49,205 nucleotides of DNA from the NCBI GenBank assembly GCA_903877885.1, contig CAIRFN010000003.1:1-49205 (forward strand). Direction: 5' to 3'. Of this stretch, positions 7,853-18,048 are shown piece by piece. The notes under the pieces are model-generated. The model ran no database searches and was not told where the DNA came from. It saw only the letters and a program-made list of their open reading frames with translations. Made by a program: the position numbers and the translations under genes. Within the stretch, counting starts at the first letter, position 1; every line of letters starts with the position of its first letter. The stretch is from an uncultured Candidatus Berkelbacteria bacterium. Its GTDB lineage: Bacteria > Patescibacteriota > UBA1384 > UBA12157.

Positions 7853-7935
7853 GTTACTTTCTATTACTTCTCAAAATATGTTAATATAGTATTAATTGAT
7901 AATATTAGTATATTTGTAATGGAGCAAAGCGACTC

Positions 7936-8625
7936 ATGAAATTAGCTATTTTAATCCCGGCCTATAATGAAGAGGCTTCTCTTGGGAAAGTGATAGAAAC
8001 TCTACCTAAAGAACTCCCAGGTATTTCTAAAATTGAAGTGGTAGTTGTTAACGACGGTTCGGCTGACAAAACCCGTGAAGTGGCTCTAAACGCTGGCGCA
8101 ACTGTCGTATCTCATTGGTTTAATCGTGGCTTAGGTGGTGCCCTTGGGACTGGTTTTGAGTATATTAAACGCCATGATTTTGATTTGTTAATCACTTTTG
8201 ATGCCGACGGCCAACACAATCCTGATGATATTGCTCCGGTCATTAAACCGATTGTCGATGGTCGAGCCGATGTTTGTATTGGTTCGCGTTTTATCGGTCA
8301 TCTCGGTTCAATGCCATGGTATCGTCGCATTGGCATTTTCGGTCTTAATATTATCACCTTTCTGCTTTTTTGGACTTGGACCACTGATTCCCAATCGGGT
8401 CTGCGCGCTTTTGGCCGCAATGCTATCAATAAAATCGAAATTAAAACCAATAAAATGGAGGTTTCTTCCGAGTTTTTCTATGAAATTCAAGCCAAAGGTT
8501 TAAAACTAACCGAAGTCCCAATCCAATCAATCTATACCGCCTATTCTATCAGTAAGGGCCAAAAAAACATTAACGCCTTTAATATTTTAGCTAAATTAAT
8601 TTATCGACGATTTTTCGCTAAATAG
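7936..8625 (+). CDS. GT2 polyprenol-phosphate glycosyltransferase (DPM-synthase/GacI-like)
   Basis: ILIPAYNEE, VVVVNDGSAD, NRGLGGAL, ITFDADGQH, DSQSGLRAF motifs. Confidence 0.9.
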   Translation: MKLAILIPAYNEEASLGKVIETLPKELPGISKIEVVVVNDGSADKTREVALNAGATVVSHWFNRGLGGALGTGFEYIKRHDFDLLITFDADGQHNPDDIAPVIKPIVDGRADVCIGSRFIGHLGSMPWYRRIGIFGLNIITFLLFWTWTTDSQSGLRAFGRNAINKIEIKTNKMEVSSEFFYEIQAKGLKLTEVPIQSIYTAYSISKGQKNINAFNILAKLIYRRFFAK

Positions 8626-8673
8626 ATCGGTGACCCGATCGCAGAATTTCAATATTCCGAAATATAATATAAT

Positions 8674-8706
8674 TGTCATTGCGAGCTCCGCAGAGCGCGG
8701 CAATCT
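8674..8706 (+). repeat. REP-like palindromic element
   Basis: TGTCATTGCGAG-CTCCGCAGAGC-GCGGCAATCT: nested ATTGC/GCAAT and GCTC/GAGC stems, matching the GTCATTGCGAG...GCAATCT type of intergenic palindrome. Confidence 0.55.
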
Positions 8707-8722
8707 ATCATAAGGAGAAAAC

Positions 8723-9091
8723 ATGTCATTATTCGATCGAATTTTAACTTTAATCACCCCAATTCGGATTATTTTACTTTTATTCGCCATCTTTGCTTGG
8801 ACGCGCGTAGTATTACGTTTTCGCGATAAAGTAGTTAACTTTAAAGAACTTGCCTTCTGGACTTTGGTTTGGTTTGGTATGGTTATTGTTATTTTCCTAC
8901 CTTATAAAACCACTTATTTAGCCAAAGCTCTCGGCATGGAACGTGGCATTGATGCCATGTTTTTACTTGGCATTGTCGCTCTTTTTTACGCTGTCTATCG
9001 GCTTTACATTAAACTTAATGAAACCGAACGTGAAATGACCAAATTAGTTCGTCAAATCGCTTTAAAATTAGGCGAAGAAAAACCAGAATAA
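8723..9091 (+). CDS. DUF2304 family small membrane protein (GacJ-like partner of the upstream GT2)
   Basis: Three TM helices, LAKALGMERGIDA motif, C-terminal EREMTKLVRQIAL; follows a DPM-like GT2; SD AAGGAG. Confidence 0.85.
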   Translation: MSLFDRILTLITPIRIILLLFAIFAWTRVVLRFRDKVVNFKELAFWTLVWFGMVIVIFLPYKTTYLAKALGMERGIDAMFLLGIVALFYAVYRLYIKLNETEREMTKLVRQIALKLGEEKPE

Positions 9092-9100
9092 CAGACTATA

Positions 9101-10306
9101 ATGAAGATTTTACTTATCACTCAATATTATAATCCGGTTAAGGGAGCTGCGGCCAAACGAACTGGAAAAATGGCTCAATTTTTGAATACAGCCGGCCACG
9201 ATGTCACTGTTTTGACTGGTTTTCCCTCTTATCCGACTGGAATTTTAGCCAAAAAATATCAAAGCAAACTTTGGTTTCACGAAGTTATTAATGAAATCAA
9301 AATTACTCGAGTTTGGGAATTACCGGTTTCCACGTCTGATAGCACCATTAAGCGTTTATTAAATCTAGTTAGTTTTGCCAAAACCAGCGCTTGGTATGGT
9401 TTGTTCCACCATAAATTTGATATGGTGATTGTTAGTTCACCAAATTTTTTAAGCGGCTATGCCGGGCTTTACAGCGCCGGAAAAAATGCCAAATTCTATT
9501 TTGATATTCGTGATCTTTGGCCTGATTCGGCCGTTCAATTAGGAGTACTGCCAGAGGAAGGTTTTTTAACTAATTGGCTCAAAAAATTGGAAAAAAAGTA
9601 TTATGATCGCGCTACCAAAATTTTTACCGCCACTCCGGGAATTAAAGATCATTTACTTACTGAAGAAATTCCGGCTGATAAGATTGAAGTTTTATTAAAC
9701 AGTGTCGATACTAACCTATTTTCACCCAAGAAAGTTAATAAAACCAAGTTCGAACTCGATGAAACCGATTTCGTCTGCGGTTATATTGGTAATATGAGTC
9801 GAGTTTATGATTTGGAAACAGTCATTAAAACCGCGCAGAAATTGAAGGATTACCCAGAGATTAAATTTGTCCTGGTTGGGGAAGGCGAAAGTAAATCGAA
9901 AGTCCAAGTTATGGCTAAAAATATGGGGCTTAATAATGTGATTTTTATTCCAGAAACACCACTTCAAGAGTTACCAGAAATTATCAACAGTTTTGATTTG
10001 GGCTTGGCGCCGATTGCCAAAATTGGCGTTTCTCAAGAATCTTTTCCTTCTAAGGTCAGCGAATATTTAGCTTGTTCTGTGCCCGTACTTGCCTCTCTGG
10101 CCGGAGATATGGCCAAGACCATCAAAGAGCACGAGGTTGGTCTAATTTACGAACCAGGCGATGCTGAAGCCTTGGCTAATTATATTTTAAAACTTTCCAG
10201 AGATAATCTTTCCATGCAAATAATGAGCCTTAACGCTCGTCAATTAGCCCTCAAAATGTTTTCCGATGAAATTTTTAGTGAGAAATTAATTTCAGCTCTC
10301 GGCTAG
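9101..10306 (+). CDS. GT4 glycosyltransferase, WbuB-like
   Basis: MKILLITQYYNP, VLTGFPSYPTG, IRDLWPDS, YIGNM, FPSKVSEYLAC motifs. Confidence 0.88.
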   Translation: MKILLITQYYNPVKGAAAKRTGKMAQFLNTAGHDVTVLTGFPSYPTGILAKKYQSKLWFHEVINEIKITRVWELPVSTSDSTIKRLLNLVSFAKTSAWYGLFHHKFDMVIVSSPNFLSGYAGLYSAGKNAKFYFDIRDLWPDSAVQLGVLPEEGFLTNWLKKLEKKYYDRATKIFTATPGIKDHLLTEEIPADKIEVLLNSVDTNLFSPKKVNKTKFELDETDFVCGYIGNMSRVYDLETVIKTAQKLKDYPEIKFVLVGEGESKSKVQVMAKNMGLNNVIFIPETPLQELPEIINSFDLGLAPIAKIGVSQESFPSKVSEYLACSVPVLASLAGDMAKTIKEHEVGLIYEPGDAEALANYILKLSRDNLSMQIMSLNARQLALKMFSDEIFSEKLISALG

Positions 10307-10314
10307 GTCAAAAA

Positions 10315-11139
10315 TTAATTTTTAGATCTTGGATACATTGATACAACCTGATTAATAGTTTTAACTTGAATCTGACCTTGTTTTTGTTTCTCACTAATAT
10401 AGGCTAAAATTTGATCTAAATACTTTGGTTGAATTTCGAATCGTGAAGATGGACTATTGTCAACCGTATGCATATAGATAATTAACCAACCTTTTTGATT
10501 AATCGCTTGGTCAATTCGGTCCTTTACCACACTAATCGATGTCGAAGAGCCAACCTCAAACGAGGACAAACCATAAGGGTTTAATTTATCCAAATGATTA
10601 ATGCCAGGATTACCGCGGATATTATTTTTACGATTCGACTGATAAAACTCTTCGATCCAAGCTAAGCCATTACTATTATATTGGCCATAAGGCGCGGCAA
10701 AAGAAGTCACTTTATAACCATGTTGCGCAAAGATAGTCTTAGCACCATCGAGTTCATAAATCATTTGATCTTTGGTTTTAATTAAATTTAGATGAGGATG
10801 AGTCACTGTATGACTAGCAATCTCCCAACCACTTTGAGATAAAGTTTGAACATTATCCCAACTAACAAAACCGTCTTCACTAATTGAACCAGCAATCAGA
10901 TAAAAAGTCGCCGGAATATGATATTGCTGAAAAATTGGAAAGGCATTATCATAAATGGTTTTTGAGCCATCATCAAAGGTAATCGTCACAATCGCTTGAT
11001 TTTTAAGTTGATTCGAATTTTGACGATGGTATCGCCAAACCAAAACTAAGCCAGTAAGAAGGATAATCAATCCTAAAGATATCAAAAGATACTTTCTAAT
11101 ATTTAATCTTAAATTTTTCTTAGTTTGCATTGGTAACAT
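10315..11139 (-). CDS. Membrane-anchored polysaccharide deacetylase (CE4/NodB)
   Basis: N-terminal TM helix, ITFDDG, EIASHTVTHPHL, FAAPYG, IIYMH motifs. Confidence 0.88.
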   Translation of the reverse strand: MLPMQTKKNLRLNIRKYLLISLGLIILLTGLVLVWRYHRQNSNQLKNQAIVTITFDDGSKTIYDNAFPIFQQYHIPATFYLIAGSISEDGFVSWDNVQTLSQSGWEIASHTVTHPHLNLIKTKDQMIYELDGAKTIFAQHGYKVTSFAAPYGQYNSNGLAWIEEFYQSNRKNNIRGNPGINHLDKLNPYGLSSFEVGSSTSISVVKDRIDQAINQKGWLIIYMHTVDNSPSSRFEIQPKYLDQILAYISEKQKQGQIQVKTINQVVSMYPRSKN

Positions 11140-13447
11140 TTGCTAGCTTATCGACTTCAACTTTTAAAGCTGGTAAAACTTGATAAATTACCGAATCACT
11201 TTTAAAGATTTTTTTAAAATATTCTGGATGAGCGTCAAAGAAAGCTTCATCTTGGTTAACTGGTGCATAAAGCGTAATATATTGGGCCTTCGATTGATAA
11301 ATTAAGATTAAACACTCGTTCAAAGTCCATTTTCCTTCATAAACTCGATTATAGCGATTTAAGGCACCAGTTCGCGGATAAGCAGTCATGAACTGATCTA
11401 AGATAACTGGAAAAGTGTAAACTGTTGATCCAGGCGTTAAGAAAATTGATTTAGCGGGAATATTTTTTTGAATAAAATCAACCATATCCGCTCCGCCAAT
11501 CGCTCTCGTGGTATTCTGACGGAAACTGGCTATATTAGTTTGAGTTATTAAAATCTTATCTTCAAAAGCAGAACTAAAACTTGTTTTAACATATGTCCAA
11601 GTTGGTGAAAAAAAGATTGCTAATAATATCACTATTGCAAAACTAGCAAATATGCCATTTTTGGGCTCTGTTAAAGTAAAAAAATCTCGAGTTTTCGGTT
11701 TCCAAAACTGCAAGAAAATCAGAATAAAAGCAATTGAAAGTGATGGAATAAAAAACCACCAAAAATGTTCTCCAAACCAAGTACTAAAGTTATCTGAAAA
11801 AATTGCATTATAAATCGTAGCTGTCGACGTTAAAATAAGTTTTGTTGGTGTGTGTTTATCTGGCAATAATGCTAATTGAAATTGAGTTTTTACAAACAAG
11901 GCTGCCAAAAAGACTAAAATTATATTAAAAAAATACTGACCAAATCTAGAAACCTTAACTTTACTAATTAATTTATCAATAATAAATACAACAAAACCAA
12001 AAATTAAAGCCAAAACAAGATAGTGCCAAGTAAGACTACCAATTAAACGGTTAACAAAAATATAGCCTAAAACCTTTAGCAAAAATATTACCACTGGTTT
12101 AAAATAAGCAATTGGCGCTACTAACATTAAAGCAAAAATAAAAAGCAAATGTCGATTTTTAATTGATAAAGCTAAAACTATTGGAGTAAAAACATAGGCA
12201 TATTTAGAATAAATATCATAATCGCTAAAAACCCCGAAATGTAAAACTTGTGTTGCAACCACAGCCGCATTTTGAACATTTTCAGCCAGAACTTTAGTTA
12301 CAATATGACTTCTTATTTCCAGAAATATCAGAAAAGGCACAAAGATAAGAAAACTACCTAATAAAATCCAACCAACACGAATTAATATTTTTTTATAATC
12401 TTGATTCTGCCACTGTGAAATTATCCAAACTAAACCGAACATTCCAATTAGAACCAAAAAATAAAGATATTGGGTGATATGAATAGTCGCCATCAAAACA
12501 ACTGAAATTGAAGTTAAAACTAACAGCTTTTGATTAATTTTATCCTCAAAAATATATTTTAAAGCCAAAGCCGTAACTAAAGGAAAAAGAAACATATTGT
12601 TTAGAGTGTCTGGCAAGGGCAAACAAGTGAAAAGATAACTTTGAGACCAATTATAAATATAAATTGCAACATATGCTAAACCTAGCCAGATAAAAAAGCG
12701 TTTTTGAAAAACTATTTGGAAAAGCCAGGCCCAGGCCAAAAACGCCAAAACAGAAAGTGGAACAGAAATAACTTTCCACATCGCCAAAGGATCACTTTTA
12801 GTTAGGTTTGACAGAAAACCTACAAAAACGTGCCAAATTGGTACACCATAGGCGATATGAATCGTATCACCTTTGATAAAACTTAAGTTAGCCAACGCCA
12901 GCGGTTGGCCAGCCGAAGCTTTTTCCACAATAGCCATATGAAAGTCGGTATCACCACCTCTTAAGAGCGTTCCAGCGTTTGCTACTGACGCAATCACAGC
13001 CAAAATTGCTACCAGGACTAAAGTATAACCAATATTTTCTGCTCGCAGAAAATTTTTCCAATTCCAAATCATTTTTTCTGGTTCGGCCTTGTAACGTAAA
13101 TCTAAAATTAAACTAGTAATCAATAAACCGATAATTAAAATTAAGCAAAGATTGGCTAAAACTCCGACTGTTAGACTAATTAACATTGTTGTTAGACAAA
13201 CTAATAAAACAAAAGTTAGCCCTAATGTTAACCAAAGAATTAACTGACCTAGTTTATCATTTGTAAATTTAAATTTTAATAATCTTGCCAAAGAGAAACC
13301 AGGAACAATCAGAATGCCAGTAAAAATAATAGTGATTGTTAACGGTGATAAAATATTACTTTTAGCTAAAGTTAAACTGGTAATCAGCCAAACAACCATC
13401 AAACCATATTGAGCCATCAATATTTTTTTGTTTTTGAATATTTTCAT
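11120..13447 (-). CDS. Large polytopic membrane protein, GT-C-like, paralog A1
   Basis: Many TM helices; PGFSLARL, GGDTDFH...GQPL, PIWH, PLPDTL motifs shared with the two neighbouring genes; soluble C-terminal domain. Confidence 0.6.
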   Translation of the reverse strand: MKIFKNKKILMAQYGLMVVWLITSLTLAKSNILSPLTITIIFTGILIVPGFSLARLLKFKFTNDKLGQLILWLTLGLTFVLLVCLTTMLISLTVGVLANLCLILIIGLLITSLILDLRYKAEPEKMIWNWKNFLRAENIGYTLVLVAILAVIASVANAGTLLRGGDTDFHMAIVEKASAGQPLALANLSFIKGDTIHIAYGVPIWHVFVGFLSNLTKSDPLAMWKVISVPLSVLAFLAWAWLFQIVFQKRFFIWLGLAYVAIYIYNWSQSYLFTCLPLPDTLNNMFLFPLVTALALKYIFEDKINQKLLVLTSISVVLMATIHITQYLYFLVLIGMFGLVWIISQWQNQDYKKILIRVGWILLGSFLIFVPFLIFLEIRSHIVTKVLAENVQNAAVVATQVLHFGVFSDYDIYSKYAYVFTPIVLALSIKNRHLLFIFALMLVAPIAYFKPVVIFLLKVLGYIFVNRLIGSLTWHYLVLALIFGFVVFIIDKLISKVKVSRFGQYFFNIILVFLAALFVKTQFQLALLPDKHTPTKLILTSTATIYNAIFSDNFSTWFGEHFWWFFIPSLSIAFILIFLQFWKPKTRDFFTLTEPKNGIFASFAIVILLAIFFSPTWTYVKTSFSSAFEDKILITQTNIASFRQNTTRAIGGADMVDFIQKNIPAKSIFLTPGSTVYTFPVILDQFMTAYPRTGALNRYNRVYEGKWTLNECLILIYQSKAQYITLYAPVNQDEAFFDAHPEYFKKIFKSDSVIYQVLPALKVEVDKLANVTNAN

Positions 13448-13465
13448 TTTTTAATCCTTGTTTAA

Positions 13466-15727
13466 TTATTGCCATTTTGGCGCACGGCAATTTAACGGAA
13501 CGAGTGACTTATTATCATTAGTAGCCTGATTAACTTTATCTTTATTGACTAAATATAAATCTACAGCGGTGTTTTGGTAGACTCTAGTCAAGTATTCGGA
13601 AAGATTGTCCAGATTAATATAATTTTTACCGGCTTTCTTAGAAACAACTAAAAGATAGTCAACCTTGTAAACAGATAAACATCTAACTTTTAGCATTGGA
13701 TCAGCCACACTTTCGTAAATCTGGCTCAATTCCCTTTCTGGTTGAGTCCTTTCTGGCCAAGCAGCCATATAGACATCTGCTAAAATTTCTAAATTGCGAT
13801 AAGCTGTATTACTTTCGACTACCGAACCAGCTGGAACATTTTTTTGGATATAAGCTAAAGTGTCATAGCCACCAAAAGCTTGTGGTTTAATCACTTTTTT
13901 GGTGTAATCTCGAGTTTGCGTAAACCAATAATTATTTTTTGAATCGTTCTTGGCACTTTTAATTAAATTTTTTTCGCCGTCAGCCAATAAAATACCAACC
14001 AAAGCAAAACTTAAAAATAATACTATTAGTAAATTCTTTGGTTCCGAAGTTTCCGGAAATTGTTTGATTTTTTTAGAAAGCTGCAACCAGAATATAATAA
14101 TAGCAATAATTAAAATCGGGCCGACAAAAAGCCAAAAGTGAGTTGCTAGCCAGGCATCCATCTGACGTGAAAAAATAAATCGGCTAATATTCAACCGCGA
14201 AATCCAGATAATAATCGATAATATAATCAGAATAAAAGTAAAAATATATCTAGTAACTAATTTAAATCGACTAATAATTTGATCGATTATGACAAAAATA
14301 GAGCCAAAAATTAAAGCCCAAATAGCAAAAGACCAGGTCACATTAGAAAAAAGTCGTTTCATAAAAACATAACTTAAAACGCTATTTAGAAAATCGCGCA
14401 AAAAAACAATATTATAAACGACTGGTACAATCAACATCACTGCCAGGAGCGCGATCAAATTGCGATTTTTCCGTAAAAACAAAAGGGTCGAAGGCAATAG
14501 AATATAAGCGTATAAAGAAAAAATATCGATCGAAGAAAGAGCCATTGTTTTAGACAAATCAGCTTTTATGTCCGACAAGGTCTCGAAACTATTATTAATA
14601 ATATTCGTTTTTAATTGTAAATAACCAAATAACGGTATCATTAAAATGAGATTTGCAAAAGTTATAGTTAACATTCTTTTAATGATTATTTTATAATCCG
14701 GATCTTTAAACCGAAAAACCGAATAACCAATCATAAAAGCAATCATAATAAAATAGAAATAGAAAAACTGGGTTAAATGGATTCCTGCTGTTAAAACTAA
14801 AATAACTGAAGCAAGCGATAGAACTTTAAAATTCGGTTTTTCTTCAAAAATATATTTAAAAGCTAGCCACAAAGCGGCTGGCAAAAAAATTAGCTTGCAA
14901 AGACCATCAGGCACAGGCAAAGCCGTTAAAAGATAACCGTCAGCTCCAAAAGTGAAAACCGCGAAAATAACGATTGCCAAGGCAGCTAAATATTTTGTCG
15001 GGAAAATTTTGCGGAAAAACCCAAACCAAGTTAGAAAAACTAAAGTTGTTAAAATCGCGGAAATTTCGCCCCAAAGATTATAAGTCGTCAAATGAGTAAT
15101 TTTGGCCAGTTCGGCCAAAAAAACCGGCCAAATCATAAAAGCATAAGCCGGATGAGGTTGATTTTTGATAAACGCTAAAGCGTTGACACTCAATGGTTGA
15201 CCAGAAAAAGCTTTTTCCACAATTGCCAAATGATAAGTTGGATCGCCGGTAAAACTCGAACCTTGTTGATTGATCGAAAGAATAATTAAAATTAAAGGTA
15301 AGGTTGCCAATAGCCAAACCAGATTATCTAATTTAAAAAGCCCTTTCCAATCAATTGATTCATTTGCTACGACTGGCCGAATTAAATCAATGACCAATGA
15401 AACAATAAACAATAAAACTATACTGGCTAAATATCCAGTCAATAAAACTGTAAGATTAATTTGGACTAATACTGCTACTAGACATAAAAATAGTGCCCAA
15501 GAAAAACCTAAAAACAACCAAAGTAATTTCTGATCATAACAGTCTTTATCATGGAATTTAAACAGTCTTGCCAGCGAAAACCCTGGAATTGCCAATAACC
15601 CAAAAAAAGTTAAAAAAATCGTTGTCGATGTTATTGGAAAAAATTTTAACAACGCCCAAATAATTATTGCTAGAACAAAAAAACCGCCATAAGTTAACAA
15701 AAGCCGTTTTTTATTTCGAAAGTCCAT
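13466..15727 (-). CDS. Large polytopic membrane protein, GT-C-like, paralog A2
   Basis: PGFSLARL, GDPTYH...GQPL, PVPDGL, GGYDTLAYIQKNVP motifs. Confidence 0.6.
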   Translation of the reverse strand: MDFRNKKRLLLTYGGFFVLAIIIWALLKFFPITSTTIFLTFFGLLAIPGFSLARLFKFHDKDCYDQKLLWLFLGFSWALFLCLVAVLVQINLTVLLTGYLASIVLLFIVSLVIDLIRPVVANESIDWKGLFKLDNLVWLLATLPLILIILSINQQGSSFTGDPTYHLAIVEKAFSGQPLSVNALAFIKNQPHPAYAFMIWPVFLAELAKITHLTTYNLWGEISAILTTLVFLTWFGFFRKIFPTKYLAALAIVIFAVFTFGADGYLLTALPVPDGLCKLIFLPAALWLAFKYIFEEKPNFKVLSLASVILVLTAGIHLTQFFYFYFIMIAFMIGYSVFRFKDPDYKIIIKRMLTITFANLILMIPLFGYLQLKTNIINNSFETLSDIKADLSKTMALSSIDIFSLYAYILLPSTLLFLRKNRNLIALLAVMLIVPVVYNIVFLRDFLNSVLSYVFMKRLFSNVTWSFAIWALIFGSIFVIIDQIISRFKLVTRYIFTFILIILSIIIWISRLNISRFIFSRQMDAWLATHFWLFVGPILIIAIIIFWLQLSKKIKQFPETSEPKNLLIVLFLSFALVGILLADGEKNLIKSAKNDSKNNYWFTQTRDYTKKVIKPQAFGGYDTLAYIQKNVPAGSVVESNTAYRNLEILADVYMAAWPERTQPERELSQIYESVADPMLKVRCLSVYKVDYLLVVSKKAGKNYINLDNLSEYLTRVYQNTAVDLYLVNKDKVNQATNDNKSLVPLNCRAPKWQ

Positions 15728-15756
15728 TTTATCCTTTTATATTTAATTTAAGTATA

Positions 15757-18012
15757 TCAATTTCCTAAATCATGAGCAATTTTTACACGATTAACCTTAT
15801 AAATAATCGCATCAGCTCGATAAATTTTTTGAAAATATTCCGGGTTTTGATCTAATACATTTTCCGTTTCAACTAAGTTTTTCGGTTTTCCAGTTACCAT
15901 CAGGTATTCAATTTGGTCTTTTTCAATCACTCCGATTTTAGTATTAATACTCCATTTTTTCGGATCGTAAAGCCGATCATAAGCAACATCAGCACTAGCA
16001 CAATAATTCGACATTTGCACATCAACTAATTGCGGCAAATAGAAAAAACCACCACTAACATCAAAAACCGCTTTTGACGGAATATTTTTTTTAATAAAAT
16101 CAACTGTTTCATAACCACCAACCGCACCCAAAGCGTTTTTTTCAGATGAAATAGTTGTTGGTTCAATAACTTTATAAACTTTATCAAAGTCAAAAGATCG
16201 AATAAATCGCGCTTGAGCTGGTGAGGAAAAAATCAAAAAAACCAACACAAACAAACAAAAAACTAAACCTTGATTTTTCGTTTCTTCAAATGTTAAAAAT
16301 TTTTCTGTACTTTTTGAGTGCCAAAAATAAAGGAAAATAACCATCAAAGAAAATGGAACGAGAAACCATAAATAATAATGTACAAGCCAAACTTCTAGAT
16401 GATTTGAAGTAATCGAAGTATAAATTGTACTAGCCGTTTCCCGATATACTTTCGGCACTAATTTATCAAAATATTCATGCCAAAAAAATAAAATGGCTAA
16501 ACCATAAAAACTATAATTAATAATCGTACGTAATTTTCCATGAATAAGGTTTAAAACTCGATCGGCCAGCAAAAACAAAAAACCGAAAAACATAGCCCAA
16601 ACCGGAAAATACCAGACTACTGTGCCGTAAAATCTTTTTACAAAAATCATGCCCAAGTTTTTAGTTAAAATCGCACTAATGAAATGATTAGAAACTAACG
16701 GTAAAGCCAAAAACAGAGCTAAAATTAAAACTAATTTGCGATATTTCCGACTAAAAATAAAAACTATCGGCAAGAATAAATAAGCATATTTAACTAAAAT
16801 ATCCCAAGATTTAAAGGTATTATAATATGATCCAGTCGGATAGTCTTGAGTATGAAAAGACAACCAAAAATTGGAAATAACATGCCCTTTAAGTTGAAGA
16901 ATAAAAGCTAGTGGTAAAATCGAGATAAGACTGGCAAAAATGATGGCTAATAATTTGAATCTAATAATCGGAAAATCCGATTCGCGAAACTTTAAAATCG
17001 AATAGACCATGGCAAATACTACCATTATAATCAAAAAATAAAAATATCCAGTTAGATGAACGACGCCAACCAGGATCGTTAATAAAGTTAAAAATATTAA
17101 AAATAGCCAATTATTTTTAAGTTTAAAAATGTAATGTAATACCAAGGCTACCAGTAATGGCAAGAGTAAAAACTGCATTAATGAATGTGGAATTGGCAAA
17201 GTAGACAGTTCATAGCCATATTTCCAATTATAATTAAATGCGGCATAGAAAAATGTGGCCAAATAAGCCAGATTGCGAGTTGGTAGAATTTGGCGAAAAA
17301 GCCAATACCAAGTTAAAAAAGCCATCGCTACCAATGGCACACACATCTCTCGCCAAATCATAAAGATATTGCCATTAGCCAAATGAGTCATAATCCCCAT
17401 TAAGACATGCCAAATCGGAAAAGCGTAAGCAATTTCAATTTGATTTTTGACATATGATAGGTTTGCCACAGTCAGTGGTTGGCCTTCAACGACTTTGCGT
17501 AAAGTTGATATATGATAGCCAGCATCACCACCGCTATAGAGCGAACCGTTAGCGACCAAGTCAATCAAAATAAAACCTAAATAAACTAAAACTAGCAATA
17601 ATGGAAGATTATTAAAATTAAATACTGCTTGCCAGTGGATTGGCTTTACGTCTTGATGCGTTCGCCGTAAATCGAAAATTAAAGCTAAAATTAGCAGAAT
17701 ACCAGTTACGATCATAAAAACAGTTGTGGCAGCACTAATCGTCAGCCCAGCAATAATACTTAGAAAACTAAAACCAAGACCATACGTCCAACCAAGTCCG
17801 AGCCACAAAACCAGTCTGCCTGCCAGGCCATCAATTTGAAACTTAAAAATTCGAGCTAAACTAAAACCTGGTACAAAAATAACAAAAGAGATCAAAATCC
17901 AAGACAATAATGGCGACATTAAAAAATGTTGACTAAATATCGAAATTAAAAATAACAAAAAACAGACAAAGTAAGCTACTGCAAAACGTTTTTGTTTAAA
18001 AAATGTTGGCAT
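15757..18012 (-). CDS. Large polytopic membrane protein, GT-C-like, paralog A3
   Basis: PGFSLARI, GGDAGYH...GQPL, PIWH, PIPHSL, GGYETVDFIKKNIP motifs. Confidence 0.6.
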   Translation of the reverse strand: MPTFFKQKRFAVAYFVCFLLFLISIFSQHFLMSPLLSWILISFVIFVPGFSLARIFKFQIDGLAGRLVLWLGLGWTYGLGFSFLSIIAGLTISAATTVFMIVTGILLILALIFDLRRTHQDVKPIHWQAVFNFNNLPLLLVLVYLGFILIDLVANGSLYSGGDAGYHISTLRKVVEGQPLTVANLSYVKNQIEIAYAFPIWHVLMGIMTHLANGNIFMIWREMCVPLVAMAFLTWYWLFRQILPTRNLAYLATFFYAAFNYNWKYGYELSTLPIPHSLMQFLLLPLLVALVLHYIFKLKNNWLFLIFLTLLTILVGVVHLTGYFYFLIIMVVFAMVYSILKFRESDFPIIRFKLLAIIFASLISILPLAFILQLKGHVISNFWLSFHTQDYPTGSYYNTFKSWDILVKYAYLFLPIVFIFSRKYRKLVLILALFLALPLVSNHFISAILTKNLGMIFVKRFYGTVVWYFPVWAMFFGFLFLLADRVLNLIHGKLRTIINYSFYGLAILFFWHEYFDKLVPKVYRETASTIYTSITSNHLEVWLVHYYLWFLVPFSLMVIFLYFWHSKSTEKFLTFEETKNQGLVFCLFVLVFLIFSSPAQARFIRSFDFDKVYKVIEPTTISSEKNALGAVGGYETVDFIKKNIPSKAVFDVSGGFFYLPQLVDVQMSNYCASADVAYDRLYDPKKWSINTKIGVIEKDQIEYLMVTGKPKNLVETENVLDQNPEYFQKIYRADAIIYKVNRVKIAHDLGN

Positions 18013-18048
18013 ATTTATACAATAACAAATCTTTGTGATTCTTACTAT

